The notes: a model not told the origin generated them from the letters alone. 64,000 nt of DNA from an uncultured bacterium (GCA_902802585.1 CADCMR010000001.1:3223-67222), one strand, 5' to 3'; counted from the stretch's first letter, positions 37,468-48,874 are shown. Made by a program: numbers and translations.

Positions 37468-38670
37468 TCACAGCTTGGTCTGGTCGAGGTGCTGGGCGAC
37501 CTTGTCCTTGAGCCTCTGGAAGAAGCCCGGATCGTTCTCGGCGTTGATGGTGAAGTTCGGTCCGGAACCATTGTCCTTCGCGCCGCCGCCGTCGGGCTGG
37601 AACGCCGCCGCGTATGCCTTCAGCGCCTCGCGCTGGGCGTCGGTGAGCTTGCGCGGGACGTCGACCGTAATCCTCACATGGTGGTTGCCAAAGACGCCGG
37701 GGCGCACGCGCACCGGCATTCCCTTCCCCTTCAGCGTTAGCATGTCGCCGTTCTGGGTTCCGGCGGGGATCGTCAGCTCGGCGTCGCCGTGCACGGTCGG
37801 GATGGTGACCGTGCCGCCCAGCGCCGCCACGGGGAACGGGATATGGTATTCGGCGTAGATGTCCTCGTCCTCGCGCTGGAAACGCTTGTCGGGGCGGACC
37901 TGGATCATGATGTACAGGTCGCCGTTCGCGCCGCCGCGCAGTCCGGGCTCGCCCTCGCCGTTCACGCGCATCCGGTTTCCGGTGTCGATGCCGGCGGGGA
38001 TGTGGACCTCGATGGCGCGATGGACACTGACCTTGCCCGCGCCGTTGCATTTGGCGCACTTGTGAGCGATCTTCTGTCCGGTTCCGTGGCAGACAGGGCA
38101 TTCGTGCATCATGGTGAAGAAGCCCTGGGAGACGCCGACCTGTCCGCTGCCCTTGCAGCGGTCGCAGCGTTCCGGCTTCGTGCCGTCGGCGCATCCCGAT
38201 CCGTTGCACGCGGTGCAGAGACCGGGGCGGTTGAATTCAATCTTTTTCGTGACGCCCTTGAACGCCTCGTCCAGGGTGATTCCGAGGTTGTAGCGCAGGT
38301 CCGCGCCTCCCTGCGGACCGTTCGGATCGCGCCTGCGTCCACCGAAGAAGGACTCGAAGCCGCCGCCTCCACCTCCGCCGAAGAACTGGTTGAAGATGTC
38401 GAAGGGGTCGCCGGAGAATCCGCCACCGCCGCCGTTTCCGTTCGCGGCGTCCTCGCCGTACTGGTCGTAGATCTGGCGTTTTTCCTTGTTTCCGAGGATT
38501 TCGTAGGCGTGGGAGAGCTTCTTGAACTTCTCCTCGGCGTCCTTGTCGCCGGGGTTCTTGTCCGGGTGGTATTTCACCGCCAGGCGCCGGTACGCCTTTT
38601 TGATGGTCTCCTCGTCGGCGTCGGGCGAGATCTCTAGTAGCTCATAAAGTTCGGTGTGTCGTGCTGGCAT
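37468..38670 (-). CDS. dnaJ: Chaperone DnaJ
   Basis: J domain with HPD, G/F-rich region, four CxxCxGxG repeats. Confidence 0.97.
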   Translation of the reverse strand: MPARHTELYELLEISPDADEETIKKAYRRLAVKYHPDKNPGDKDAEEKFKKLSHAYEILGNKEKRQIYDQYGEDAANGNGGGGGFSGDPFDIFNQFFGGGGGGGFESFFGGRRRDPNGPQGGADLRYNLGITLDEAFKGVTKKIEFNRPGLCTACNGSGCADGTKPERCDRCKGSGQVGVSQGFFTMMHECPVCHGTGQKIAHKCAKCNGAGKVSVHRAIEVHIPAGIDTGNRMRVNGEGEPGLRGGANGDLYIMIQVRPDKRFQREDEDIYAEYHIPFPVAALGGTVTIPTVHGDAELTIPAGTQNGDMLTLKGKGMPVRVRPGVFGNHHVRITVDVPRKLTDAQREALKAYAAAFQPDGGGAKDNGSGPNFTINAENDPGFFQRLKDKVAQHLDQTKL

Positions 38671-38711
38671 GGGGGGAGTGCCTTCCGTTCTCAGTTCTTC
38701 GTCGGGTCAGT

Positions 38712-40613
38712 TCAGTTCCTGTTCAGGCCGTCGGTCATTAGTTTCGCTGTCCTGCGTGCGAACGCGGCGGGGTCGGGCAATTCGGAGCCTTCGCAGAGAA
38801 GTGCCTGGTCGTACAGCATGGCGGCGTAGTCCGTCAGCACGGCGCTGCCGGGTTCCGCCTCGTATTTCTTCGCCATCGCCTGGATCAGCGGGGCGTCGGG
38901 GTTGAGTTCGAGGATACGCTTCACTTCCGGCGCTTCCTGCTTCATCGCCTTCATCAGGCGCTGCATGTTCACGGACGGGTCGGTCTCGTCGCCTACGAGG
39001 CAGCAGACGCTTTCTGTGAGGCGGGCGGAGAACCGTACGTCCTTCACCTGGTTTTCGAGCGTCTTCTTCAGGAATTCGAGCAGGGACTTGTTCTGTTCGG
39101 CGGCTTCCTGCGTCTTCTTCTCAAGCTCCTTCTGAACGGGCTCGTCGAGCTTCAGGTCGCTCTTGGAGACGGACACGATGTCCTTTTCCGCGTATTTGCC
39201 GATGCCGTTGATGACGAATTCGTCGACCGGGTCGAGCAGGTACAGCACGTCGAGCTTCTGCTGGCGGAAGAGCTCCAGCTGCGGGGAGTGGTCCACGGCG
39301 GCGCGGGATTCGCCGGTGATGAAGTAGATCGCCTTCTGCGTGGGCGGCATGGCGTCGGAGTATTCCTTCAGCGACACAAGCTTGCCGGGTTCGCCGTTCA
39401 TGGTTTCGAAGAGCAGCAGGTTCTGGAGTTTCTCGCGGTTTTCCCAGTCGCTGTACGCGCCTTCCTTGATGAGGCGGCTGAATTCGCCATAGAATTTCTC
39501 GTATGTCGCGCGGTCCTTCTCCATCATGGTCTGGAGCTCGGAGAACACGCGTTTCACGATCGCCTTCGAGATGCGCTTGATCTGCGGATTGTCCTGCAGC
39601 GTCTCGCGGGAGATGTTCAGCGGCAGGTCGCTCGAATCGACCACGCCGGACACGAAGCCGTTCATGTAGTCGGGCAGCAGGCCGGGGCATTCGTCGGTGA
39701 TGAAGACGCGCTTCACGTACAGGCTCAGCGTCTTTTTGCCGCGGACGCCGAACTGGTACTGGAACGGGAGCTTGGCGGCGAGGAAGAGCAGCGCTTTGAA
39801 TTCGGACGCGCCCTCGGCGGAGAAGACGATGCGTTTCAGCGGCGCTTCGTAATCGCCGGAGAGGTGCGAATAGAAACTCTTGTATTCGTCCTCGGTGACC
39901 TCGGATTCGGGGCGCAGCCAGATCGCCTTCATGGTGTTCAGCGTCTCGTCCTCGATGACGTCCTTGCCGTCCTTGTCCTTGGTCTTGTGCGCCATTCTGA
40001 TGGGGTATTCGATGAAGTCGGAGTATTTACGCACCACGGACGAGACGGTCCAGTATTCGAGGTATTCCTTGAAGTCTTCCTTCAAATGCAGGGTAACGGT
40101 CGTGCCGGGGGCGTCCTTCTCCGCCTCGTTTACGGTGAACGTGTCGACGCCTTCGGATTCCCACAGGTACGCCTGGTCCTCGCCCGCCTTCTTCGACAGC
40201 ACGGACACCTTGTCGGCTGCCATGAACGCTGCGTAGAAACCGACGCCGAACTGTCCGATGAGCTCGGGCGCGGTCGCGGGGTTCTCCTCCTGCGCCTTTT
40301 TCAGCTCGGCGAGGAATCCGCGCGAACCGGAGTGCGCGATGGTGCCGAGGTTTTCGACGAGCTCGTCCTTCGTCATGCCGATGCCGTTATCGGAGATCGC
40401 CAGCGTGCGTGCGGCCTCGTCGGCGGTGATGCGGATTTCGCCCTCGCTGGCGAGTTCGGGGCGGGTCAGCGCCAGGAAACGCCGTTTGTCGAGCGCGTCG
40501 GCGGCGTTCGCGATCAGCTCGCGCAGGAAGATTTCCCTGTTCGAGTAGATCGAGTTGATCATCATGTTGAGCAGTTCTTTGACTTCGGCTTTGAATTGGA
40601 TATGTCTGGACAT
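38712..40613 (-). CDS. htpG: Hsp90 chaperone HtpG
   Basis: IFLRELIANAAD, DNGIGM, GTIAHSG, IGQFGVGFY, LNISRE. Confidence 0.97.
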   Translation of the reverse strand: MSRHIQFKAEVKELLNMMINSIYSNREIFLRELIANAADALDKRRFLALTRPELASEGEIRITADEAARTLAISDNGIGMTKDELVENLGTIAHSGSRGFLAELKKAQEENPATAPELIGQFGVGFYAAFMAADKVSVLSKKAGEDQAYLWESEGVDTFTVNEAEKDAPGTTVTLHLKEDFKEYLEYWTVSSVVRKYSDFIEYPIRMAHKTKDKDGKDVIEDETLNTMKAIWLRPESEVTEDEYKSFYSHLSGDYEAPLKRIVFSAEGASEFKALLFLAAKLPFQYQFGVRGKKTLSLYVKRVFITDECPGLLPDYMNGFVSGVVDSSDLPLNISRETLQDNPQIKRISKAIVKRVFSELQTMMEKDRATYEKFYGEFSRLIKEGAYSDWENREKLQNLLLFETMNGEPGKLVSLKEYSDAMPPTQKAIYFITGESRAAVDHSPQLELFRQQKLDVLYLLDPVDEFVINGIGKYAEKDIVSVSKSDLKLDEPVQKELEKKTQEAAEQNKSLLEFLKKTLENQVKDVRFSARLTESVCCLVGDETDPSVNMQRLMKAMKQEAPEVKRILELNPDAPLIQAMAKKYEAEPGSAVLTDYAAMLYDQALLCEGSELPDPAAFARRTAKLMTDGLNRN

Positions 40614-40705
40614 GACTCTGTCTCCTTCTGTTTATGTTTTCAGTTGTTCTTTTGTTCTTGTCCGCTTGCGGAGCGGCGGACTATTTCAGTGGAGGGCTTT
40701 CCCTC

Positions 40706-40969
40706 TTACTTCTTCGCCGCTTTCCTGGCGGGCTTGGTGGACGCCGACGGTTTTTTGCTGGTCGGATTGCCCAGGCTCGCGTTGGCGCCCTTGTAATCGT
40801 TGCAGTAGAATCCTGATCCGACGAAGATCACGCCGGACCCCGCGCCGATCTTGCGTTTCAGCGCATCCTTGCCGCATTCCGGGCATGTTTTCAGGTGGTC
40901 TTCGGTCATCTGCTGGAATTTTTCAAACTCGTATCCGCAGTTCTTGCAGACATATTCATATGTGGGCAT
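40706..40969 (-). CDS. FmdB-family zinc-ribbon protein
   Basis: MPTYEYVCKNCG...CPECG...FVGSGFYCND. Confidence 0.9.
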   Translation of the reverse strand: MPTYEYVCKNCGYEFEKFQQMTEDHLKTCPECGKDALKRKIGAGSGVIFVGSGFYCNDYKGANASLGNPTSKKPSASTKPARKAAKK

Positions 40970-41073
40970 GTCGACTTGTCCTTGTTGTTCCACGGCTGTG
41001 CCGCATGGGATGTGCTTCCGGCGGCACGCAGTCGTGTTGAGGGGTTGTTTGTGTTGTTTTCGACTTGTTTCCA

Positions 41074-41089
41074 AGCATACTTTGTGCCA
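41074..41089 (-). promoter_or_regulatory. Candidate sigma54 (-24/-12) promoter for fmdB-htpG-dnaJ-dgt
   Basis: TGGCAC-AAAGT-ATGCT with exact GG-N10-GC spacing. Confidence 0.5.
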
Positions 41090-41335
41090 AATCGCCGCAC
41101 TTGGCGCTCCCGCCTCGAATCCGCCGGGGAGTGCCTGCCGTTTGTTCTGTGTCGTGCGACATTCTGTCTCATCCCCGTGCCAAAGTGTGCCGTCAATGCG
41201 GTTTTTCCGCGTCCATGCTTTTTTCTAGGCTTTTTTCGACGTTTTTCTCATTTTCCGCTAAGAATTCAGTCTTTTCTTCGTCAAATTTTACAGGAATAAA
41301 TAATAAAACAATCTAATATATACAAGGAGCAAACC

Positions 41336-42997
41336 ATGAAAAACAACCGGTTCAAATCTCTTTGGGGCGTGCTGCTGGGCCTCGTCCTGCTCGCCGCGAT
41401 CCCGTTCACCGCATCCGCACAATCCATGACGTCCGCTGCGCCAGGACCGGACGATCCCGCGCCGGACGACCCGGAGAATGCGGTTGTCACCATTAAAGCG
41501 GGATTCAACGGCAGAGGCCGGTTTATCTTTGAAGGGGACAAGATCCAGTACTGGCATATCTATGATAGAATTCCGTCCCGCGTGACCGTCAACGGCAAGC
41601 CCTGGAATGACTTGCGGATGCCGTTCGAGCTCGGTTTCACCCCCGATTTTCAGACGGCGGAGCTTGTGGAACAATCACTCGGCGGCAAGAGCGCCCGGAC
41701 GATCGACAAAATCGAGCTGACGCGGGACGAAAAACAGATCCGGATGATGATCCTGCACGATGAACCGTCGACCGTCATGGCGCGGGTGAAGATGAAAAAA
41801 CAGCAGAAGCGGACGGAACCGGCGAAGACCGCGGCGCAGACGGACGGGAATGTCCTGATTCTGACCGGAACCCTCCACGGAAGCACGACATTTTTACTGC
41901 GTCCGGACAGCATCGAGTTTGCTCCGAACAAGGAGAGCACGAACGGATACCGCGAACGTGATAATAAAGCGGCTTTCCCGACCGATGTGACCGTCAACGG
42001 CAAACCATGGAGCGATCTCAATCCCAATTTCCCGTTTGACCTGGATTTCGTGTCGGATTTCTCCAAGGCGAAGATCGTGGAAACGTCCGCGAACGTCCGG
42101 TGCAATCTTCGGTCGGATTACGAGCTCGCGAACAACATTCTTTTCGACCGTCCGTTCGACCGCACCACGGAACTTCTGATCAGTTCGTTCCCGAGCGCGG
42201 TCCCCGTTCCGTTCAGCGTCAGGATCGTCGCCGAAAAGACGCCCGCGGATTACGAGGCGCGCATCATACGCCGTCGCGACACCCAGCGCGAGAAACAGCG
42301 CCGGAACAGCCTGACGCAGAGGTACCGGAGCAATCGCCGCAATCTGTCCGAAAGCGAGATCGCGGAGGTCGAACAGTGGAACAAGGAGACCATGGCGGAC
42401 ACGTGGAGCCGCGACCCGGACGATTTGACGGACGGAAAAGAGCTTCCCCCTCTTGCCGGGGGCGGAGCCGCCGCGTTCCGCCAGGAGGAAAGACCGGAAA
42501 ACGAGGTCACGATCACGATCGAGGCACTGGTCGATTTCAACGCCGGATTCCGTTTCACGGGGAACCGGATCAACTTCGATGCCTGGCCGAACATGGGGCG
42601 TTATCCGAGCAATGTCAAGATCAACGGCAAACCGTGGAAGAATCTGCGGATGGCGTTTCCCATGGACTATGCTGTCGACCTGGACTCCGTACCCGTGACC
42701 TTACTGGACTCGGAATACTATCAGTATGATGTCTCGAAAGACCGTTCATCGTTCACCGTACGGGTCCGGAATCACGGTCCGAGGGAGGAGCAGATCACGA
42801 TACGGCTCAAGGCTTTGAAGTCGGACAAGCCGCTCACCAACGAGCAGATGTACCCCGGCGGCATCCCGCTGCCCCCGGAAGCGATGTCGTCGCCCGAAGC
42901 GTTTGAAAACTTCTGGAAGAACCTCATGCAGCCGCGTTCCGGTACTTCCCCGAGTTCGGGGACCCCGCCTGCACGAGATGACAGCCCCGGCAGATGA
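41336..42997 (+). CDS. Secreted hypothetical protein with three internally repeated domains
   Basis: Signal peptide; three copies of P-x2-V-x-[VI]NGKPW-x2-L...F (41588, 41993, 42620); AAGGAG RBS. Confidence 0.8.
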   Translation: MKNNRFKSLWGVLLGLVLLAAIPFTASAQSMTSAAPGPDDPAPDDPENAVVTIKAGFNGRGRFIFEGDKIQYWHIYDRIPSRVTVNGKPWNDLRMPFELGFTPDFQTAELVEQSLGGKSARTIDKIELTRDEKQIRMMILHDEPSTVMARVKMKKQQKRTEPAKTAAQTDGNVLILTGTLHGSTTFLLRPDSIEFAPNKESTNGYRERDNKAAFPTDVTVNGKPWSDLNPNFPFDLDFVSDFSKAKIVETSANVRCNLRSDYELANNILFDRPFDRTTELLISSFPSAVPVPFSVRIVAEKTPADYEARIIRRRDTQREKQRRNSLTQRYRSNRRNLSESEIAEVEQWNKETMADTWSRDPDDLTDGKELPPLAGGGAAAFRQEERPENEVTITIEALVDFNAGFRFTGNRINFDAWPNMGRYPSNVKINGKPWKNLRMAFPMDYAVDLDSVPVTLLDSEYYQYDVSKDRSSFTVRVRNHGPREEQITIRLKALKSDKPLTNEQMYPGGIPLPPEAMSSPEAFENFWKNLMQPRSGTSPSSGTPPARDDSPGR

Positions 42998-43020
42998 AAC
43001 CGGTATCTCCCCGAGTTCGG

Positions 43021-43206
43021 GGACTCGGCGGAATGGCGTTCAGCAGACCGGGAGGGGCGCGACTGCGTGAACCTGATCGTTCCTTGTGCCGGACACGATT
43101 TGCCGCAGTCGTTTGTTCATGATCGGATTCTGTGTGGTTTGGACAATCCCGGACTCCTCCTCCCCAGCGAGGTCAATTCGACCTCTTCCATTCATCGCGG
43201 GCTCCA
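43021..43206. ncRNA. Structured intergenic RNA candidate (~185 nt)
   Basis: Nested stems: 43028-43036/43188-43198, G-rich 43048-43057 with C-rich 43156-43165, 43060-43067/43104-43111, hairpin 43169-43185; followed by GGCT..AGCC-T-tract on the plus strand. Confidence 0.35.
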
Positions 43207-43333
43207 TGCTTGAAAGCCTTTTTTGGACTTTTTTTTGCTTTTTAGTTTGAAAAATAGAGTATGGCGGAGTAATGTATTAATAATACTACCTTCAAGCTTT
43301 CGCCCCGCTCTGTTTTTCTCAGAAAGGAATCCG

Positions 43334-43867
43334 ATGATGAATTTCCGCCGGTCCACGCTCGCCGCGTTCTGCCTTATGGCGCTCTGCCTTACTTCCGCCT
43401 GCACCAAGAAGATCGACGGCTCCTCCATGGAGAATTTCTACCTGTCTTCCGGTGAAGTCACGAAGACGATCAAGGGGGAAGACCGCCAGATGGAGTTCGC
43501 CAACGGACTGGATATGATCCTGTTTTATTCCAACAACTCGTACGAAGCCGTCTCCCATCTGAACGGACTGACCGCGGACGAGGTCTTTGAACGGATTCAG
43601 GATATCCGCGACAGCAAGCCCAGAATCGACGCCTCCCGTAAGGAGCGTTATTCCACGTCTCTTTCCGACGTCCTGAAGAGTATCCCGGGAGAAGCAAACC
43701 GCGAACTCCTGGTTTCCCGGATGACGCAGTACGGATTCTATCCTTGGAACAACAGGAACATGACGAACATCCGCTCGCTCGACGGCATGAACGCATTCGA
43801 GATCAGCAAGAAGATCAGCGATATCCGCAAGACCGAAGATCCGACCAAGATGGACGAGAAGAAATAA
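43334..43867 (+). CDS. Lipoprotein with a tandemly duplicated small domain
   Basis: Lipobox LTSAC; two repeats (K/R)ID(G/A)S...L(N/D)G(L/M)(T/N)A-x-E...I-x-DIR. Confidence 0.75.
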   Translation: MMNFRRSTLAAFCLMALCLTSACTKKIDGSSMENFYLSSGEVTKTIKGEDRQMEFANGLDMILFYSNNSYEAVSHLNGLTADEVFERIQDIRDSKPRIDASRKERYSTSLSDVLKSIPGEANRELLVSRMTQYGFYPWNNRNMTNIRSLDGMNAFEISKKISDIRKTEDPTKMDEKK

Positions 43868-43941
43868 GCTGTTGTTTTTGCATCCACCGCTTATCCCGCC
43901 TTCGTGCGGAGCGCGGAAGAAACAATTCGGCAAGCAATACG

Positions 43942-43973
43942 GCGACCGGCTTTTCCCCGGTCGCTTTCTTTTT
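43942..43973 (+). terminator. Intrinsic terminator after the lipoprotein gene
   Basis: GCGACCGG/CCGGTCGC stem followed by TTTCTTTTT. Confidence 0.75.
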
Positions 43974-44112
43974 CGGGGGATCAGCACTCCGCCTGACATG
44001 GTGTCAGGCGAATGAATCTATCCCCTTATGGATAGGTGTTTTATAGAACTTATTGGTCTTATAAGACATATTCTTCCTGTCCCCCACGTAATGGATATCT
44101 TTCTCGGGCATG

Positions 44113-44139
44113 AAAAAGCCGCCCCGGACTGAGGCGGCT
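44113..44139 (-). terminator. Intrinsic terminator after the second pilin-like gene
   Basis: AGCCGCC/GGCGGCT stem with T-tract on the minus strand. Confidence 0.7.
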
Positions 44140-44186
44140 GAGTGTTTCCTGAGAGGATTTGCGGCGTGCGCCGCGAAACCCGACGA

Positions 44187-45119
44187 TCAGTTGTCGTCGG
44201 TGGGGTCGATCGTCCACATGTTGTGGTCGGGAGCGTCGTAAATGGTTTCGTGTCCCTGACGGATCGTCGCGCCGGGGTGCATCATGGCGACGTGTCCGTC
44301 GCAGAAGAGGTAGTTCCAGCTGTGGTTGTGGAGGGATCTCGGGGACATGTAGTCGGACTTCGGGATCTTGTTTTCAGAAGCTACGCGGAAGTCTCTGCCG
44401 CCCTGGTCGACGCCCCATTCCGCGTAGATGCCGAGCGTCTGCGTGCAGGCGGCGGACATGGCGCTGTAGGTGGCGGTGACGAATCCGAGGTCGCCGCGGG
44501 TCATGGGCGCCCACTCGGCGAGGAGGATGGTGCGTGTCGGCATGGGAACCATGGTCTTTCTTGTGGCCTTGAACGGATTATTGATCCATGCAAGGGTTCT
44601 GCCGTCCGAGCCGGAGGCGTGGCTCATGCCGAAGGAGCGGAGCGGGAATTCATCCTTCGCGCCGGAATAACGCGGAATGTTGTCGGCCGGGCAGGCGAAG
44701 ATTTTGATGCTCTGGAATTTTGAGCCTTTCTTCCGGATGCTCTGGTCCGGCGTGCCGCTGGTGCCGAGTTTCTCGACAACGTCTTTCATGTTCGGGAGAT
44801 AGGCGATGAGGGCGCGGTCCCAGTAGGAGTCGCAGGAAATGCCGCCGGAATAGTCATATTTGAACGAGGCTTTGCCGGTGGCGGGCATGTAATACTGCGT
44901 GTCGTTCGAGTACATCATGGCGAGCGTGCCGAGCTGCTTGGCGCTGTTCGTGCAGCCCGCCGCCATCGCGGACTTGCGGGCGGACTGAAGCGCGGGCAGG
45001 AGCATTGCGGCGAGGATGCCGATGATTGCCACCACGATCAGGAGTTCGATCAGGGTGAATTCATGTCTGGTGCGTGTTTCTTGAGCTGGGGCGAGGCGGG
45101 ATACGGTCTCGTGTTTCAT
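44187..45119 (-). CDS. PVC-type prepilin-like protein (H-X9-DG domain)
   Basis: [27 protein letters not shown]; CPAD; [14 protein letters not shown]. Confidence 0.85.
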   Translation of the reverse strand: MKHETVSRLAPAQETRTRHEFTLIELLIVVAIIGILAAMLLPALQSARKSAMAAGCTNSAKQLGTLAMMYSNDTQYYMPATGKASFKYDYSGGISCDSYWDRALIAYLPNMKDVVEKLGTSGTPDQSIRKKGSKFQSIKIFACPADNIPRYSGAKDEFPLRSFGMSHASGSDGRTLAWINNPFKATRKTMVPMPTRTILLAEWAPMTRGDLGFVTATYSAMSAACTQTLGIYAEWGVDQGGRDFRVASENKIPKSDYMSPRSLHNHSWNYLFCDGHVAMMHPGATIRQGHETIYDAPDHNMWTIDPTDDN

Positions 45120-45495
45120 GGCGCGGCTCCTGGTTGGAAAAGAAAACAGATGAATGATTTATATGCGGCTGGTCGAACGGCGGACCGGCATGTTTCGTCA
45201 ATCCGTTAGTATATAATACACTCATGAAAACAAAAAATCAAGCGGCTGAAACAAAAAAAAGCGACAATCGTTTCGAAAACTGAATAAACGAAAGAAACTA
45301 AAGGAAATGACTGAAGAATCCGGAACCGGCAGCCGCGTTCCTCCCGAGCATGTCTTTGTATGTTCCCGCGTAATCATCCCGCCTCGATATGTGTCGATCT
45401 CCCTCTTGAAATCTCAAAAATGCAAAACGAAACGGTTCAAAAATGCAAAATGGAGCTCAATATTGAGAGTTGCGAAGGTTGGAAGACGGGGCGTA

Positions 45496-45531
45496 AAAGA
45501 ACCCCGGCGGCCTTGTTTCGGGCTGCCGGGG
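45496..45531 (-). terminator. Terminator after tpiA
   Basis: CCCCGGCGGCC/GGCTGCCGGGG stem flanked by A/T tracts. Confidence 0.65.
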
Positions 45532-45568
45532 CAAAAAAAACAACACAGCTTTGTGAAAACTGCCGGGA

Positions 45569-46333
45569 TCAGGCGTTCAGGGCGTTCTGGATGAGCGCGG
45601 TGAAGGAGTCTGCCTTGAGGGCCGCGCCGCCGATGAGGCCGCCGTCGATGTCCTGCTTGGAGACGAGGGCTCCGGAGTTTTCGGCCTTCATGCTGCCGCC
45701 GTACTGGACGACGATGTCCTGCGCCTTGTCGCCGTAGAGGGCGGTCAGGACGGAGCGGATGAAGGCGTGGGTTTCCTGCGCGACGTCGGGCGTGGCGGTC
45801 TTGCCGGTGCCGATCGCCCAGACGGGCTCGTAAGCGATGGTGATCGCGTCCATGTCGGCCGCGGAGATGTCGGCGAACGCGCCGCGGATCTGCTTTTCGA
45901 GGACGGTGTTGGTGACGCCGCCTTCACGTTCGGCGAGGGTTTCGCCGATGCAGACGATGGGCTTCAGACCGTACTTGAGGGCGGCCTTGATCCGCTGGTT
46001 GACGGTCTCGTCAGTCTCGCCGAAATACTGGCGGCGTTCGCTGTGACCGATGATGACGTATTCGACGCCGATTTCCTTCAGCATCGCGCCGGAGATTTCT
46101 CCGGTGTACGCGCCGTTGTCGGCCCAGTGGATGTTCTGGGCGCCGACCTTGACGTTGGATCCCTTGAGGATCTCGACGGCGGTGGCGAGGCTGGTGAAGG
46201 TGGGGCAGACGGCGATTTCGCACTTGCCGGCGAACTGGGCGAGGGAGGCTTTCAGGGCGGAAGCAAGCTCGGCGGTCTCGGCCGCGGTCTTGTTCATCTT
46301 CCAGTTGCCCGCGATAAAGATTTTGCGTGCCAT
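45569..46333 (-). CDS. tpiA: Triosephosphate isomerase
   Basis: [45 protein letters not shown]. Confidence 0.98.
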   Translation of the reverse strand: MARKIFIAGNWKMNKTAAETAELASALKASLAQFAGKCEIAVCPTFTSLATAVEILKGSNVKVGAQNIHWADNGAYTGEISGAMLKEIGVEYVIIGHSERRQYFGETDETVNQRIKAALKYGLKPIVCIGETLAEREGGVTNTVLEKQIRGAFADISAADMDAITIAYEPVWAIGTGKTATPDVAQETHAFIRSVLTALYGDKAQDIVVQYGGSMKAENSGALVSKQDIDGGLIGGAALKADSFTALIQNALNA

Positions 46334-46413
46334 GGTAAATGGTATCCTGTGGTGTGCGGGCGTCCGGCCCGGTTCGAGAAAAACGACCGGACGCGTCCGC
46401 AGGGGGGTGATTC

Positions 46414-47658
46414 TTACTTGTCGGAGAGGGCGACCACGCCGGGGAGGTCCTTGCCTTCGAGGAACTCGAGGGAAGCGCCGCCGCCGGTGGAGATGTGGGT
46501 CATCTTGGAGGCGAGGCCGCTCTTGTTGACAGCCGCGACGGAGTCGCCGCCGCCGATGATGGTGGTGGCGCCGGAGTCGGCGACCGCCTGGCAGACGCCC
46601 ATGGTGCCGTTGGCGAAGTTGGACATTTCAAAGCAACCCATCGGGCCGTTCCAGACGACGGTCTTCGCGCCCTTGATGGCGTTGGCGTAGAGTTCGATGG
46701 TCTTGGGACCGATGTCAAGCGCCATCCAGCCTTCCGGGATGTCGTCGGAGACGGTCTGGATGTTCGCGTCGTTGGAGAAGGCGTCGGCGGCGAGGTTGTC
46801 GACGGGGAGGAGGAACTGGACGTTGAGCTCTTTCGCCTTGGCGATCATGTCGCGGGCGTACTGGAGCTGGTCGTCCTCGCAGAGGGACTTGCCGATATTG
46901 TGACCCTGCGCCTTCAGGAAGGTGTATGCCATGCCGCCGCCGATGATCAGGGTGTTGACCTTGGTCAGGAGGTTGTTCACGACCGCGAGCTTGTCGGAGA
47001 CCTTCGCGCCGCCGAGGATGGCGACGAACGGACGGACCGGGTTGTTGACGGCGTTGCCGAGGAACGCGATTTCCTTTTCCATGAGGAAACCGGCGACGGA
47101 GGTGCCGATGTACTTGGTGATGACGGCGGTGGAGGCGTGGGCGCGGTGGGCGGAGCCAAACGCGTCGTTGCAGTAGATGTCGCCGTAGGAAGCGAACTTC
47201 TTCGCGAGCTCTTTCTGCTTTTCCTTGAGCTCGGCCTTCTTCGCCTTGAACTCTTCGTCGCTCTGGCCTTCCTTCTGTTTGAGCTTGCCCTGTTCTTCCT
47301 TGTAGAAGCGGGTATTCTCAAGCATCACGACGTCGCCGGGCTTCATCGCCTTGACGATGTCGTCGGCGTTGGCGCAGTCGGGCGCGAAGGTGACGGGCTT
47401 GCCGAGCATCTTGGAGAGGTATTCGGCGACCGGCTTGAGGCTGAAATCGGCCTCGTAGCCCTTTTCGGCGGGACGGCCGAGGTGGCTCATGAGAACGAGG
47501 CTGCCGCCCTGTTCGAGGACGTACTGGATGGAGGGCAGGGCGCCCTTGATGCGGGTGTCGTCTTTGATGACGCCTTCCTTGATGGGCACGTTGAAGTCGA
47601 CGCGCATGACGACGCGTTTGCCTTTGAGATTGACGTCGCGAAGGGTTTTCTTATTCAT
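46414..47658 (-). CDS. pgk: Phosphoglycerate kinase
   Basis: [47 protein letters not shown]; start moved to MNKKT. Confidence 0.98.
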   Translation of the reverse strand: MNKKTLRDVNLKGKRVVMRVDFNVPIKEGVIKDDTRIKGALPSIQYVLEQGGSLVLMSHLGRPAEKGYEADFSLKPVAEYLSKMLGKPVTFAPDCANADDIVKAMKPGDVVMLENTRFYKEEQGKLKQKEGQSDEEFKAKKAELKEKQKELAKKFASYGDIYCNDAFGSAHRAHASTAVITKYIGTSVAGFLMEKEIAFLGNAVNNPVRPFVAILGGAKVSDKLAVVNNLLTKVNTLIIGGGMAYTFLKAQGHNIGKSLCEDDQLQYARDMIAKAKELNVQFLLPVDNLAADAFSNDANIQTVSDDIPEGWMALDIGPKTIELYANAIKGAKTVVWNGPMGCFEMSNFANGTMGVCQAVADSGATTIIGGGDSVAAVNKSGLASKMTHISTGGGASLEFLEGKDLPGVVALSDK

Positions 47659-47707
47659 GGAAAAACTCCGTTTTGTGTGAAAGTGAAGAGGAAAGATGTC
47701 TGATCGG

Positions 47708-47743
47708 AAAAAAGCGGGACGGGCGGAATGCCGCCCGCCCCGC
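47708..47743 (-). terminator. Terminator-like hairpin between gap and pgk
   Basis: GCGGG-A-CGGGCGG / CCGCCCG-C-CCCGC stem with T6 on the minus strand. Confidence 0.65.
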
Positions 47744-47774
47744 GGGATTTCAAGCAATGATTCTTGAAAATGGA

Positions 47775-48806
<1,032 letters not shown>

Positions 48807-48846
48807 TTAAGGCTGGGAATGGTTTTCAAAAAGTTCAAATGCTATA

Positions 48847-48874
48847 AATATAGCACGCTTTTAGAAATTTACAA
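48847..48874 (-). promoter_or_regulatory. gap operon promoter
   Basis: TTGTAA-16nt-TATATT with TG. Confidence 0.6.

Noticed and set aside
41101-41137. CIRCE-like arms TTGGCGCTC ... GAGTGCCTG upstream of htpG/dnaJ
   Set aside because: The spacer is 19 nt rather than 9 and both arms are degenerate
43066-43165. TGAACCTGATC (TPP-like) and GAGGAGGAGTCCGGG on the minus strand (RNase P-like)
   Set aside because: The other required motifs (CTGAGA; the rest of the RNase P core and its length) are missing; kept only as an unassigned structured element
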